Of a DNA stretch of 64,000 nucleotides, positions 29,016 through 38,868 are shown piece after piece. The notes beneath the pieces are model-generated. The model worked only from the letters and a program-made list of their open reading frames with translations. It was not told the DNA's origin and searched no databases. The DNA comes from an uncultured virus (IMG/VR IMGVR_UViG_3300042940_001453) (lineage: Duplodnaviria; Heunggongvirae; Uroviricota; Caudoviricetes). How positions within the stretch are numbered: the first letter of the stretch is position 1; each line of letters opens with the position of its first letter. Made by a program: the position numbers and the translations under genes. The stretch is from positions 1-64,000 of the IMG/VR virus record IMGVR_UViG_3300042940_001453; one strand, 5' to 3'.

Positions 29016-31333
29016 ATTTTATCAACGACTTCTTTTCCTTCTACACTAAACGTAAACGAACTACCACTACTACTATCTAAACTAAAAACAGAATATGTTG
29101 GTGTAGCAATATCATCTTTCATAACAATTCCAGCGAATAAATAAAGAGTTACCGTTAAATATCCTTCGTCAACCACCATATTGATTCGGATCTTACCCAA
29201 TTTTACATCTTCGAACTCTTTTGGAATTTCTAATTTAAAATTACCTTTATATCTCAACCTTTCAATCTTTTTACCAGTGTATTTGATTAGAGGTAAACTA
29301 ACGTTTTTGCCAAATACAGCTTCGGTTGAAAGAAGACTAGATAATTTTATAAATTCTTCACGTATTAAATTAGGATCTGATGTATTTACATCTTTTAATA
29401 CATTGTTTAAGATTAAATCTATATACTTAAGTGACAAAACATTAGCTCTGTATTTAAAAATGGGTCTGAGTGTATATCGTTCTAAACAATCTCCAATTTT
29501 AAAATCTCCGTCAATTTGATTTATTACATATATTAGATTTTTTTTCAAATTTTCAATTTGTTGCAATTGTACCGTTTTTATTTCAATTGGAAAAAATTCA
29601 ATTAGAAATTTATTGTTTGATAATTCGGAAATTTTGTTAATAAGAGTTATGTCCTCTGTACTTGATTTCAAAATGTTTTTAAATAAATTCAAATTTTTAT
29701 TAATGGTCTCCGTATATTCTGTATGTTTATTATCACATTTCTTACTAGATTTTTCTGAAATAGTACCTATTTCTCTTTCAAGTTGACGCTCTAAATTTTC
29801 TAGATTTTTTAATTCCGAAGATTGTAAAATTTTTACATCCGTATTTAATTTTTTGAAAAAAAAGTTATTTATTTTTGTAGTAAATGGATTTATTGCTTTT
29901 ATGAATGATTGAAAATAATTTTTAGCAATATCTGGTATACTTTTAATTTTATCTATAGCATATTTTATGCTACTTGATATTTTATCAATTATTCCTTCAC
30001 TAAGTGGCACTGGTTCATCCGATGGAGTAGGTGCCAAAGATTGACCAACGTATTGTGCCAATTGAGTTAAAACTCTTCCCAATTTTCCACCACCTGCTTT
30101 TAAACTAATTAAAGCAAATTTAATATTTTTATCTTTTATTTTAGCCATCGAATCGACATCTTGTTCATCAATATTGCCATCTTTTAAAGCGTTTAATACA
30201 TCTGCCTTTGTGCCACCATAAATCAAAACAATGTCTGCGGTATTTGATTTTGTTTCTTGTTCACCTTTTAAAAATTTTCTGTTATAATCATCGGCTGCTT
30301 TATAAAAACTATCTATTGATTTATGAATAAAATCAGTAGGCGTTCCTAATTCCGCTAAAGAAACTCCGTCAAATCCACCAATTTGTTTTAAATCTTTATC
30401 GACTAAATCGTATAATTTAAGATTTTCTATACGACTGGTTTCGTTTGGTATATTCTCTAATTTTTCTCTTAAATTGCCCCAAGCAGATAAAAATCCAATC
30501 GCAAAATCGTTGTAATCTTGTCCGGTTTTAGCATTTTTAAAATCAGTAATTCCGTAAGCAAACAAAATAGGTATAGTTTCAAATAATTTAGTCCGTGTAT
30601 TATTATCTGCATTTTTTAAGAACTCCAACTTAACCAAAAGTTCTTTGTTTATAATGTCTTTTATTTTTTTTGATTTATCAATATATTTAGCAGGCGCAAT
30701 TGCATCAGCTACAATTACGTTTTTAGAAATAGTTTCATCGTATATCTGTTCACCTATTAAATCTCCATTAGTATCAAACCATTTGAATCCTTTGTTGTAA
30801 AATCCATAACTTTTAGCTTCATCTACACTATAATTAACAAGTGGCGTTTGACCTGTTAATATAGCTTCCACTCCCCAAGCATCTTGCTTTTTCTCAGCTG
30901 GTGTTCTTTTGTCTACACCACTATCACCTTCGATATCTTTATCTAATGTTTGATCTAACGTGGCAGGTTGTTTCTTAGATGGTTCTGAATCTGTTTGTGT
31001 ATCGACTCCTTGTTCACCATCAGCTTTAAAAATATTAGCTTGAGCCTTTTTGGGATTTTCAGCGAAGTGAGTGCCTTTATTAACAGCTCTATCTCTGTAT
31101 TGTTTATTAGGAAATGTTACAAGTATACCATCTTTATTATATGCTTGTCGATCTGGAAATCTACCCGCTTCAAATAACCTAGCGGTCTTTTCTACTATCT
31201 CATCGATATTATATCCAGCTTTCTCTAGATATTCCTGCAATATAAAAACGTGATCTTCGTTCTTAAGATCCAATACACCGTTCTTAATACGATTGTCACA
31301 ACAAATTTCGTTTACTAATGATTTAAAGTTCAT
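29012..31333 (-). CDS. Large hypothetical protein, possible PD-(D/E)xK-like domain
   Basis: 773-aa ORF; NTADIVL...ISLK motif pair. Confidence 0.6.
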   Translation of the reverse strand: MNFKSLVNEICCDNRIKNGVLDLKNEDHVFILQEYLEKAGYNIDEIVEKTARLFEAGRFPDRQAYNKDGILVTFPNKQYRDRAVNKGTHFAENPKKAQANIFKADGEQGVDTQTDSEPSKKQPATLDQTLDKDIEGDSGVDKRTPAEKKQDAWGVEAILTGQTPLVNYSVDEAKSYGFYNKGFKWFDTNGDLIGEQIYDETISKNVIVADAIAPAKYIDKSKKIKDIINKELLVKLEFLKNADNNTRTKLFETIPILFAYGITDFKNAKTGQDYNDFAIGFLSAWGNLREKLENIPNETSRIENLKLYDLVDKDLKQIGGFDGVSLAELGTPTDFIHKSIDSFYKAADDYNRKFLKGEQETKSNTADIVLIYGGTKADVLNALKDGNIDEQDVDSMAKIKDKNIKFALISLKAGGGKLGRVLTQLAQYVGQSLAPTPSDEPVPLSEGIIDKISSSIKYAIDKIKSIPDIAKNYFQSFIKAINPFTTKINNFFFKKLNTDVKILQSSELKNLENLERQLEREIGTISEKSSKKCDNKHTEYTETINKNLNLFKNILKSSTEDITLINKISELSNNKFLIEFFPIEIKTVQLQQIENLKKNLIYVINQIDGDFKIGDCLERYTLRPIFKYRANVLSLKYIDLILNNVLKDVNTSDPNLIREEFIKLSSLLSTEAVFGKNVSLPLIKYTGKKIERLRYKGNFKLEIPKEFEDVKLGKIRINMVVDEGYLTVTLYLFAGIVMKDDIATPTYSVFSLDSSSGSSFTFSVEGKEVVDKI

Positions 31334-31360
31334 CTATTATAAATATAGATATAAATATAT

Positions 31361-32659
31361 TTACAATTGGACTAATTTCAAATCATTATAATTATTTCCC
31401 GTGTAAGTCTTTACCTTAAATCGCTTGTTTTTAAAGATCTCAATCAAATCAGTAATATCTTGTCTATCCACATCATTGTGAATATCAAACACTATCGAAT
31501 CATATACATACAGAATAGGTACGATCTTTTTGTTACTAACAAACTTAATACACTTACTTAAGCTGTCAATTCCATATTCAGTTTCAGCAGCTTGAATAAT
31601 ATAAGCAAACAACTTGTTTTTGTTGGCATCAACTATATGTTTATTTGTTATCTTTCGTTTATATATCGGAGTTGTTATATACCCATTCTTCTCAAACTTT
31701 TTCCAATATTTATCCTTTAACTGTTCAACTTTGTGAAAATAAGGAATATCACAATATTGATTGGAAATCTGACCATATAGATTTACCATCGTTAATTTCT
31801 TTGATTTGCCAATATCATCAGCTGTTACATTGACAATGTTAAAGTAATATTTAGCTAAATGTTCATATATTGTTTCTTCTTCGGGTACTTTGTACTCCAC
31901 AAGATTTGCTACAATGTAAGGATGGAATCCTGTAAAATCAATCATCATCAAATGACCGTCTTGTCCATATCGTGAAACAAAACTAGCTCTCGACCCATCA
32001 TCTTTTTTAAGAGCTACATAATTGATGGTATCATATGAATTACTTGGTCTTCCCGTTGGATTGTATATGTTGTAGTTGGTATATACAAATTTATTATAAG
32101 TTTTGCTCTTGAAATATTTTGAAAAAACATCAACGTCTACTTTGATTCCGTTCTTTTCTACTTCAAACAATGTATCAGATATAACATTGTTAAAAAATTT
32201 AAAACAATAACTCTCAGTTTCCTTTGAATCCAAGTGTTTGATTTGTTCTACCTCTTTATCAAAGATCTGTTGATGTATAACATATGGTAATATCAAATTA
32301 AAGTTATTGATATTGTAGTAACTATGCTGTAGAAAATTTCTGCTAAGGTTTTCCACTTCATCCAATGTTTCATTGTTGTCTATAAACCCAAATAGATTAA
32401 CATCAATTAATTTACAGTTTAACCAATACTTATATGTCTTTTTATTGTTAACGTATACCGTAATATCTTTTGATTCGATATCTAGTTTAAATTGATCAAA
32501 CGAACAATCCACAGGCAAATCACCGTGGGAAAAATTTAAGTAATGTTTCTTACCATCTTTAAAATCATAAATAAAAGCTGCAATAATATCATTACAAGCA
32601 TTATGATAATTATTGTGCTTTGTTACTAATTTTAGATAGATTTTAGACGAATACTCCAC
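31361..32659 (-). CDS. Divergent family A DNA polymerase
   Basis: TGRPSN, motif A MIDFTGFHP, motif B KKLTMVNLYG, IIQAAE, motif C YVYDS. Confidence 0.8.
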   Translation of the reverse strand: MEYSSKIYLKLVTKHNNYHNACNDIIAAFIYDFKDGKKHYLNFSHGDLPVDCSFDQFKLDIESKDITVYVNNKKTYKYWLNCKLIDVNLFGFIDNNETLDEVENLSRNFLQHSYYNINNFNLILPYVIHQQIFDKEVEQIKHLDSKETESYCFKFFNNVISDTLFEVEKNGIKVDVDVFSKYFKSKTYNKFVYTNYNIYNPTGRPSNSYDTINYVALKKDDGSRASFVSRYGQDGHLMMIDFTGFHPYIVANLVEYKVPEEETIYEHLAKYYFNIVNVTADDIGKSKKLTMVNLYGQISNQYCDIPYFHKVEQLKDKYWKKFEKNGYITTPIYKRKITNKHIVDANKNKLFAYIIQAAETEYGIDSLSKCIKFVSNKKIVPILYVYDSIVFDIHNDVDRQDITDLIEIFKNKRFKVKTYTGNNYNDLKLVQL

Positions 32660-32665
32660 ATCTTT

Positions 32666-32693
32666 AGTGTATACTGTTTACACCAAATGTCAA
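32666..32693 (-). promoter_or_regulatory. Sigma70-type promoter of polA-like gene (near-leaderless)
   Basis: TTGACA-16-TACACT, 6 nt before the GTG. Confidence 0.6.
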
Positions 32694-32698
32694 TTGAT

Positions 32699-33082
32699 TT
32701 ATTTGTAGAACTGAGTAAGATTGGTTAGAACTTCGTTGGTTCCGTTAATCACTGTATTTATTTGTTCCACTTGCTTCTTGTTGTACTCAATTACTCCTTG
32801 TTCCAGTAGCATCTTACCATCATACTTACTGTTTAACGGACCTGTTATTTTCCATTTCAATTTGGCTTTTCTGAAAAAGTTTGAGTCTATTTTGTTGTAA
32901 ACGTCGCCTGATACTTCTGTTATTTCCGAGTAGTTGATCTTGGAAACTAGATATCTTTCTATATAACCCACCTTGTAATCTTTTTCTTGTGGTTTTGGCA
33001 AAAACGTATTTGGTAAATTAATGTTAAAATTACCCAGATTTAATTTTGTTTTGGTTGCAACATCAACATCTTTTATAATCAT
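32699..33082 (-). CDS. Hypothetical protein at end of tail operon
   Basis: P.PQEKDYKVGYIERY...LKWKITG; ATGA-coupled. Confidence 0.7.
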   Translation of the reverse strand: MIIKDVDVATKTKLNLGNFNINLPNTFLPKPQEKDYKVGYIERYLVSKINYSEITEVSGDVYNKIDSNFFRKAKLKWKITGPLNSKYDGKMLLEQGVIEYNKKQVEQINTVINGTNEVLTNLTQFYK

Positions 33083-35943
33083 ACAGGTATTAGTTCAATG
33101 TTTTGATCTGCTACACATCTTGCCAAACATCCAACAACAGTTTCCCATTTGCCATTGCCAGCTGTAACATAATGTGTAACATCTGTTATCATAAATATCA
33201 CGTTCTCAGGAATATAAGGTTTTGGAAAATTTGAAATGCCAAAGTGTTGAAACATTCTAAATCCAAATATACCATCAAATGTTACTGTCAACGAAAAGTT
33301 AGGAGAGATTCCACTATATAAAGATAAATTGTTTTCTATATCTTGATCGTCTATTATTTGTCCCAACTTGTCTTTTAAATCGGTAGATAAATTCAACTGC
33401 TTGTAATTCTTAGCGGCATCATTTGGGTTTTCACCATCTACAATATAAGCACTTGTTAATGTTAATACCTTGTCTATTGTTCCGTGCGTTTGTATTGCAG
33501 ATATTAATGGGTTTTGGTCTACTGTAATTTCTTCTTGCGAAGGCACTGTATTACTTTCACCAGTGCCTGTTTCTTCTTCATTGAAAACATCCAATCTATC
33601 TATAAAACTGGTAGCAGGCACACTTGAATTCTTAGCACTCATCGATGTGTCAGAAGAATCTGGTTTGTTGATGCCCGCTTGAAATAATGTCAACGTAGCT
33701 TGTTCGCTCGTCAAAGAAGTATCTAAACTAATGTTTTTTATACAGGAATCAGTGCCACCAGCATCAAAGACATATACTTTTTTTAGACTAGGCGATTTGT
33801 CACCTAAATCAATATAATTGTTATCCAATATAGATAATCCGCCCAAATCATCTTGTGATATTTGGAATTTCCAAAATCCATTAGAAGCTTCATTAATAAC
33901 ATTCAATATTGCGTTTGCAAACTGTTGCCAAGTTTGGACTTCTTTATTTTCTACAATTTCCAAGACTTTGGTTTTGCTTATGTATATGTTTTTTAAATTA
34001 CCATATCTAAACTTCTTGTATGTTCTTTTAATTGACTGCGATCTTGTTTTTTGAGGATCGGATAATACAAGTTCTTCACCTGTCAATACAACTTCTTTGT
34101 CATAAATAAACGGAAATGATATATTGTCACTTGGACTATTTTCACTTATACCACCAATATCATAGTACAATCTATTGATAACAGTATCTAAATTATCTCT
34201 ATAAGCACCCGCTGTTTTAAATACAGTTTCGACTTTTTTAGCAGCTCTATAAAGTTCGTCGTTTACATTAGTTACCTCGACATCATATTTTGATTTTAAA
34301 AACGCATTTTGATTTGGATCACCATTTTTCAAATATCCACCAGACTTGATTTCATTTTCAACTCGACTTTGTGCAGTTGGATCCAATTTATTATTTTTTA
34401 TAGTATTTAAGTAACTTTCATCTGGAAGTTTTTTGCCAATATTAAATTTAGGAGCAATTCCATTTGGTATTAATACGTGTGGGTCACAACTTATTAAATT
34501 TGGATGTGCATTTATTATCTTATCTACATTAATAGTAAATGTTTTATTTGATACGACGGAACAGAATTTGTTAGCAACTTCAAAAAGAAAATCCAATTGC
34601 ATCCACACTTCATCGTCGCCTTTGGTATCAAAATCACAACGATCATCTTTATATGATACAGCTTTGTAATTTACTCCACCAATATTAGTTGATTTATATG
34701 ATATATTTTCTTCTCCAACTGGTACAGCTGGTTTTTTATATACATTAGGCGCATCTGTTCTTCCTATAAAAATTCTGTTTTCAATTTTTCCATCATAAAA
34801 AGTTTGTTGTTTTAAAAACTCTTGTGTTTTAGAATTGTCATAATCTTCCGAATTGGATATACCGTTTGTAGCAATATATTCCATAAAATTTTTACGATCA
34901 ATAACAACTTGCTTTAACTTGGGTAAAGCGGTTTTCAAAAACGTTTTTAATCCTGTATATTCTTTTGTTTCTGTTGGTATTTTTTTGCCATTGGAATCGG
35001 TCTTTGAATTTGTTGTGGTACTTACATTGTTTTCCGCAGGCATACCAGCAAATAATGCTTGTCGAGAAGTTAGTTCCACATTGCAATCATATATAGTACC
35101 GTCTTGTGTTGAAAAATTATACTTGGTTACAATTCCAGTAATACCACCATAATTACCATACGATTGGTACCATTTATCCATTATTTTTTGTGGAGATTGT
35201 ATTATTGACCAACATTCATTTTTGCTGGATAAATCAATCAGTGAATTGATATTAAACAAATTCCATCCTATTTCAACAAACACATTTATTCTGGGTGTCA
35301 AAAAGAATGGTGCTAGATATTCCAACTGAGCCAATCCATAACATTTGAATTTTATGGTAGCAAACGACAACATATCTTTGCTAGTTTTTATTTCTATGCT
35401 ATCTAAATTAGGTGGTGGTAACACAGAAGACACTTCAGATTTCTGTACGCTTTCTATAATCTTGCCGTTTTTGTTAAATGTACTTGGCCACTTGTAAGAA
35501 AATTGATTTCTATATCTAGAATCTATATAATGTGGATTTCCATTAGCTTCATATCCAATAACAGACTTGTCTTGTTTTAATACATTGCCATCTTGTTTAA
35601 AACCATACATTTCATAAAATCCACTGCCAGGCATAAACAAGAATCCATCATAACTCTTTTCTTCTCCGTTTTTATTTAGTATCGTACTACGAGGTACCAA
35701 TCCATTTCCAGCTATACCAGTGCCATTTGAAAAAACTCGTACCCACGGAGTCATTGGTCCTTTGTACTGACCATGTTTATTGTAGAAATCATATACAACA
35801 CCACTTGGGTCACCTGGGGTTGGATAGTTAAAACCAACGTTATTTGAGTTTTTTCTGCGTCTTAATTCACGAATTAATGCAACAGGAATGTTTTGTACTT
35901 CCCACCATCTAGGTTCTTCTGCAATTTCATCCTCGTATGCCAT
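33079..35943 (-). CDS. Putative baseplate hub/tail protein
   Basis: 954 aa after the LysM-like gene; C-terminal LTVTFDGIFGFRMFQHF...FMITDVTH...WETVV. Confidence 0.6.
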   Translation of the reverse strand: MAYEDEIAEEPRWWEVQNIPVALIRELRRRKNSNNVGFNYPTPGDPSGVVYDFYNKHGQYKGPMTPWVRVFSNGTGIAGNGLVPRSTILNKNGEEKSYDGFLFMPGSGFYEMYGFKQDGNVLKQDKSVIGYEANGNPHYIDSRYRNQFSYKWPSTFNKNGKIIESVQKSEVSSVLPPPNLDSIEIKTSKDMLSFATIKFKCYGLAQLEYLAPFFLTPRINVFVEIGWNLFNINSLIDLSSKNECWSIIQSPQKIMDKWYQSYGNYGGITGIVTKYNFSTQDGTIYDCNVELTSRQALFAGMPAENNVSTTTNSKTDSNGKKIPTETKEYTGLKTFLKTALPKLKQVVIDRKNFMEYIATNGISNSEDYDNSKTQEFLKQQTFYDGKIENRIFIGRTDAPNVYKKPAVPVGEENISYKSTNIGGVNYKAVSYKDDRCDFDTKGDDEVWMQLDFLFEVANKFCSVVSNKTFTINVDKIINAHPNLISCDPHVLIPNGIAPKFNIGKKLPDESYLNTIKNNKLDPTAQSRVENEIKSGGYLKNGDPNQNAFLKSKYDVEVTNVNDELYRAAKKVETVFKTAGAYRDNLDTVINRLYYDIGGISENSPSDNISFPFIYDKEVVLTGEELVLSDPQKTRSQSIKRTYKKFRYGNLKNIYISKTKVLEIVENKEVQTWQQFANAILNVINEASNGFWKFQISQDDLGGLSILDNNYIDLGDKSPSLKKVYVFDAGGTDSCIKNISLDTSLTSEQATLTLFQAGINKPDSSDTSMSAKNSSVPATSFIDRLDVFNEEETGTGESNTVPSQEEITVDQNPLISAIQTHGTIDKVLTLTSAYIVDGENPNDAAKNYKQLNLSTDLKDKLGQIIDDQDIENNLSLYSGISPNFSLTVTFDGIFGFRMFQHFGISNFPKPYIPENVIFMITDVTHYVTAGNGKWETVVGCLARCVADQNIELIPV

Positions 35944-35948
35944 ATAAC

Positions 35949-36242
35949 TTAACTATTAATCTGTTTGAGATTCTGTAATATATTTGGTAAATTGCCTGGA
36001 ATTCTTAATTGTTTATTTGCATTAACGGACAATTTGCCATCAGATATGTTGTTAGCCAAAGCAATTATCCACCAGTACATTTCATCACCATAATACTTTT
36101 TGGCTAAAGCATCCAAATAATCTTCATTGGATGCGGTAATGTATATATCGTCCTCGGTTTCCGGTATATTGGGATAATACGTGGTCTTAAATACCAATTT
36201 CCCATCATATCTTTTTTCAGTTGGCGTAAATTGATATCTCAT
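35949..36242 (-). CDS. LysM-like baseplate protein (tail X/gp53-like)
   Basis: DYLDALAKKYYGDEMYWWIIALAN...QLRIP. Confidence 0.8.
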   Translation of the reverse strand: MRYQFTPTEKRYDGKLVFKTTYYPNIPETEDDIYITASNEDYLDALAKKYYGDEMYWWIIALANNISDGKLSVNANKQLRIPGNLPNILQNLKQINS

Positions 36243-38851
36243 TTATTTCCTTGTCTGTCAACATCATATCGCATATTCATAGAGAAATCATTATTAGCTA
36301 CATCATTATAATCTTTATCGCCATAAAGATCGGTTGTACCAAATGTAGATACAGTAGCAGTTTCTCCAGCATCCGCCTGAGTCATAGTTGCAACAGGAGC
36401 ATTTCCCCACAAAGCTCTTCCTGTTTTTGGTCTGTCTTTTTCCATCAATGACATATTGATAGTAATTTCCGCTTCTCTTGGAAATTGCGCAACTTTACCT
36501 TTCATACTGGTTTTGTCAAATGTAAATATATTTCCTAAATTATAACTCCAGTCTTGTTGTTGTACAGTACTCTCGTTAATTAATTCCCAAGATGCATCTT
36601 CAGGTATGCTAACATTGCACGAATTTAAAACCACAAAGTGATTTTTGTAAAAATCTCCAAGTGTAAATTGCACCATCGGTGGTATCATAAATCCACCATT
36701 TACAGTGGAAGTATAATTAGAAGGTCTGGTTAAACCCACCAAATAGTTTACACGTTGCCACATAGGTAATAATTCTTTAACAGAATGTGCAACCACTTTA
36801 AAATTGAAACTAACGTCTCTGGTAAATCCTTTGTAATAGTATAACTTGTCAGGTCTACCCAAGTATTCAATTGGTTCCCAAGTAGATGTATTGTTTTCTT
36901 GTAACCCTTTTACAGTAGCATTAAACGGTATAAATCTGTTGTTAACTATATCATAGAAGTAAAACTTAACCAAGTCAGGACCCAATCCGTTAAATTGATC
37001 ATTATATTTTTCAGCAAATTCATCAGCATTTAATACACCCAAGCTGTTAACATAGTCAACATTGTTGGTGGGTCTTATAAATCTGTCTCTACCTTCTTTT
37101 TTACCCAATAGAGTTGGAAACTTTTCTTTTCTTTCATATCTGATTCGACCAGTATAGGTGTATTGATTTGCACTATCAGATCCGTCAGTATTGGTTCTGT
37201 CTGATTTTACTTTCGCTAAATAATTAAAACCAACATCATCTGTGGCATACTGTTGTGTTTTTCCAAATATAGGATCTACACCATACTTTAAATTGTCGTT
37301 TCCAGCAATTTTGGTTTTTAAAATTCTGCTTAAATCTTGAATATATTCTACAGTTTTATCTGTTTTATCTGAAAGTGTACGTTGATAGTTTACAGATAAT
37401 TTAGGATCGGTATATTGTTTATAATTTAACAATTGATCACTATATTCTACATCACCATCTATTTTAACTAAATCACCGTATCTATTTGTATTAGCGCCGT
37501 CTACAGAACTAATTTCAACATTACTAATTGTATACGAATCTGTTAATTTACCAACGCCAGGTGTAGTTGAATATGTAACAGATAAAAAGCTGTTGTTTCT
37601 TAAATTTTTATTGCTTTGAACATATAGTCTCAATCGTTTAGAAACTATGTTTGTCAGAGGAGTGGCAAAAAATCTCATTCCACTTGTACCACTGCTGTTG
37701 CCTCCTGTTATTTGTTGTAATCCAACTGCTTTTAACAACCCACCAATAAAACCACCTTTTGATTTTGGTTGTGTGCCTGTATATAACAAATTGTTACCCT
37801 GATTTAAATTAACATTTAGATTAGCACTCTTCTTACCACTTGTTCTGTCGTGTGTAATAGAATTACTCCATCTATTGGTATTCAACATCAGATCATATGT
37901 ATCTTCGTCAGCTCTGTAATTTAATCCTGCTATTGGTTGAGTAGGTGGCAACAATCCACCTAGAATCGTATTATTCTTTAAAAATGACCCAGCTGATTTT
38001 AGTAGATTACTAAAGAATCCGCCTTTGCCTGTAGAATTACTCATCAAACTCTTATATCGTTTGTTGTTGTAACCAGCAGTAGCTGTATTACCTCTTAGTA
38101 ATCCTTTAACACCATCTCGACCTGTAATAGGCATTACTTGATCTGCTTTATCGCCACCACCAAGTAATCCTGTAAAATTGAAAAATCCACCCAATCCACT
38201 CTTTGGCTCACTAGCTGCACTAGCCACACTACTACGTGGCGGAGATGGATTGCCTTCAGTTGCACCAAACAATCCACCAATAGCTTTTGTAATACCACCT
38301 ATACCGGCAGCACCCATTAAACCACCGACGATATTGCTACTATCTATAAATCTGGTGGGTCTTTCTATAGCACCAAATGTTGATAATCTAACCGCAGCCA
38401 AAAGAGGGCTTGCTGGATTATAAATCTTGGTTTCGTCAAATGGAGCAAATCCTTGTAATAGTATTTGTTTTGTTAAAAAAGTACCACCTTTACCAGATCC
38501 TAGAAATCTTCTGATTCTGGTACCGTCTCTCAATGCGGATTGTATAGGAAACGATCTGCTAACATTTATCTTCTGACGTTGACCTTGATTTGGATTTGCG
38601 TAAAATGGAGGTGCTAATTCGCTGCTAATTAATCCTCTTGCGTATAAATCAGTTGGTTTATTCTTGCTATATAATACTTCGTTGTTATTATTAGTATTGA
38701 ATAATGTTTCTAATTTACCAGGCGCTCTTAGATTTATATATTGTTCGGCATTTGGCGGCAAAGATAAACCCGCACCTTGTATATTAGAAAGTGTGGTAAC
38801 TTGCGCACCATCATTACCTATTGCGCTAGAATATGTATTACTATTTGCCAT
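36239..38851 (-). CDS. Baseplate/tube-initiator-like protein
   Basis: C-terminal WEPIEYLGRPDKLYYYKGFTRDVSFNFKV; lies between tape measure and LysM gene. Confidence 0.62.
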   Translation of the reverse strand: MANSNTYSSAIGNDGAQVTTLSNIQGAGLSLPPNAEQYINLRAPGKLETLFNTNNNNEVLYSKNKPTDLYARGLISSELAPPFYANPNQGQRQKINVSRSFPIQSALRDGTRIRRFLGSGKGGTFLTKQILLQGFAPFDETKIYNPASPLLAAVRLSTFGAIERPTRFIDSSNIVGGLMGAAGIGGITKAIGGLFGATEGNPSPPRSSVASAASEPKSGLGGFFNFTGLLGGGDKADQVMPITGRDGVKGLLRGNTATAGYNNKRYKSLMSNSTGKGGFFSNLLKSAGSFLKNNTILGGLLPPTQPIAGLNYRADEDTYDLMLNTNRWSNSITHDRTSGKKSANLNVNLNQGNNLLYTGTQPKSKGGFIGGLLKAVGLQQITGGNSSGTSGMRFFATPLTNIVSKRLRLYVQSNKNLRNNSFLSVTYSTTPGVGKLTDSYTISNVEISSVDGANTNRYGDLVKIDGDVEYSDQLLNYKQYTDPKLSVNYQRTLSDKTDKTVEYIQDLSRILKTKIAGNDNLKYGVDPIFGKTQQYATDDVGFNYLAKVKSDRTNTDGSDSANQYTYTGRIRYERKEKFPTLLGKKEGRDRFIRPTNNVDYVNSLGVLNADEFAEKYNDQFNGLGPDLVKFYFYDIVNNRFIPFNATVKGLQENNTSTWEPIEYLGRPDKLYYYKGFTRDVSFNFKVVAHSVKELLPMWQRVNYLVGLTRPSNYTSTVNGGFMIPPMVQFTLGDFYKNHFVVLNSCNVSIPEDASWELINESTVQQQDWSYNLGNIFTFDKTSMKGKVAQFPREAEITINMSLMEKDRPKTGRALWGNAPVATMTQADAGETATVSTFGTTDLYGDKDYNDVANNDFSMNMRYDVDRQGNK

Positions 38852-38868
38852 TAATTATAAATATCAGA

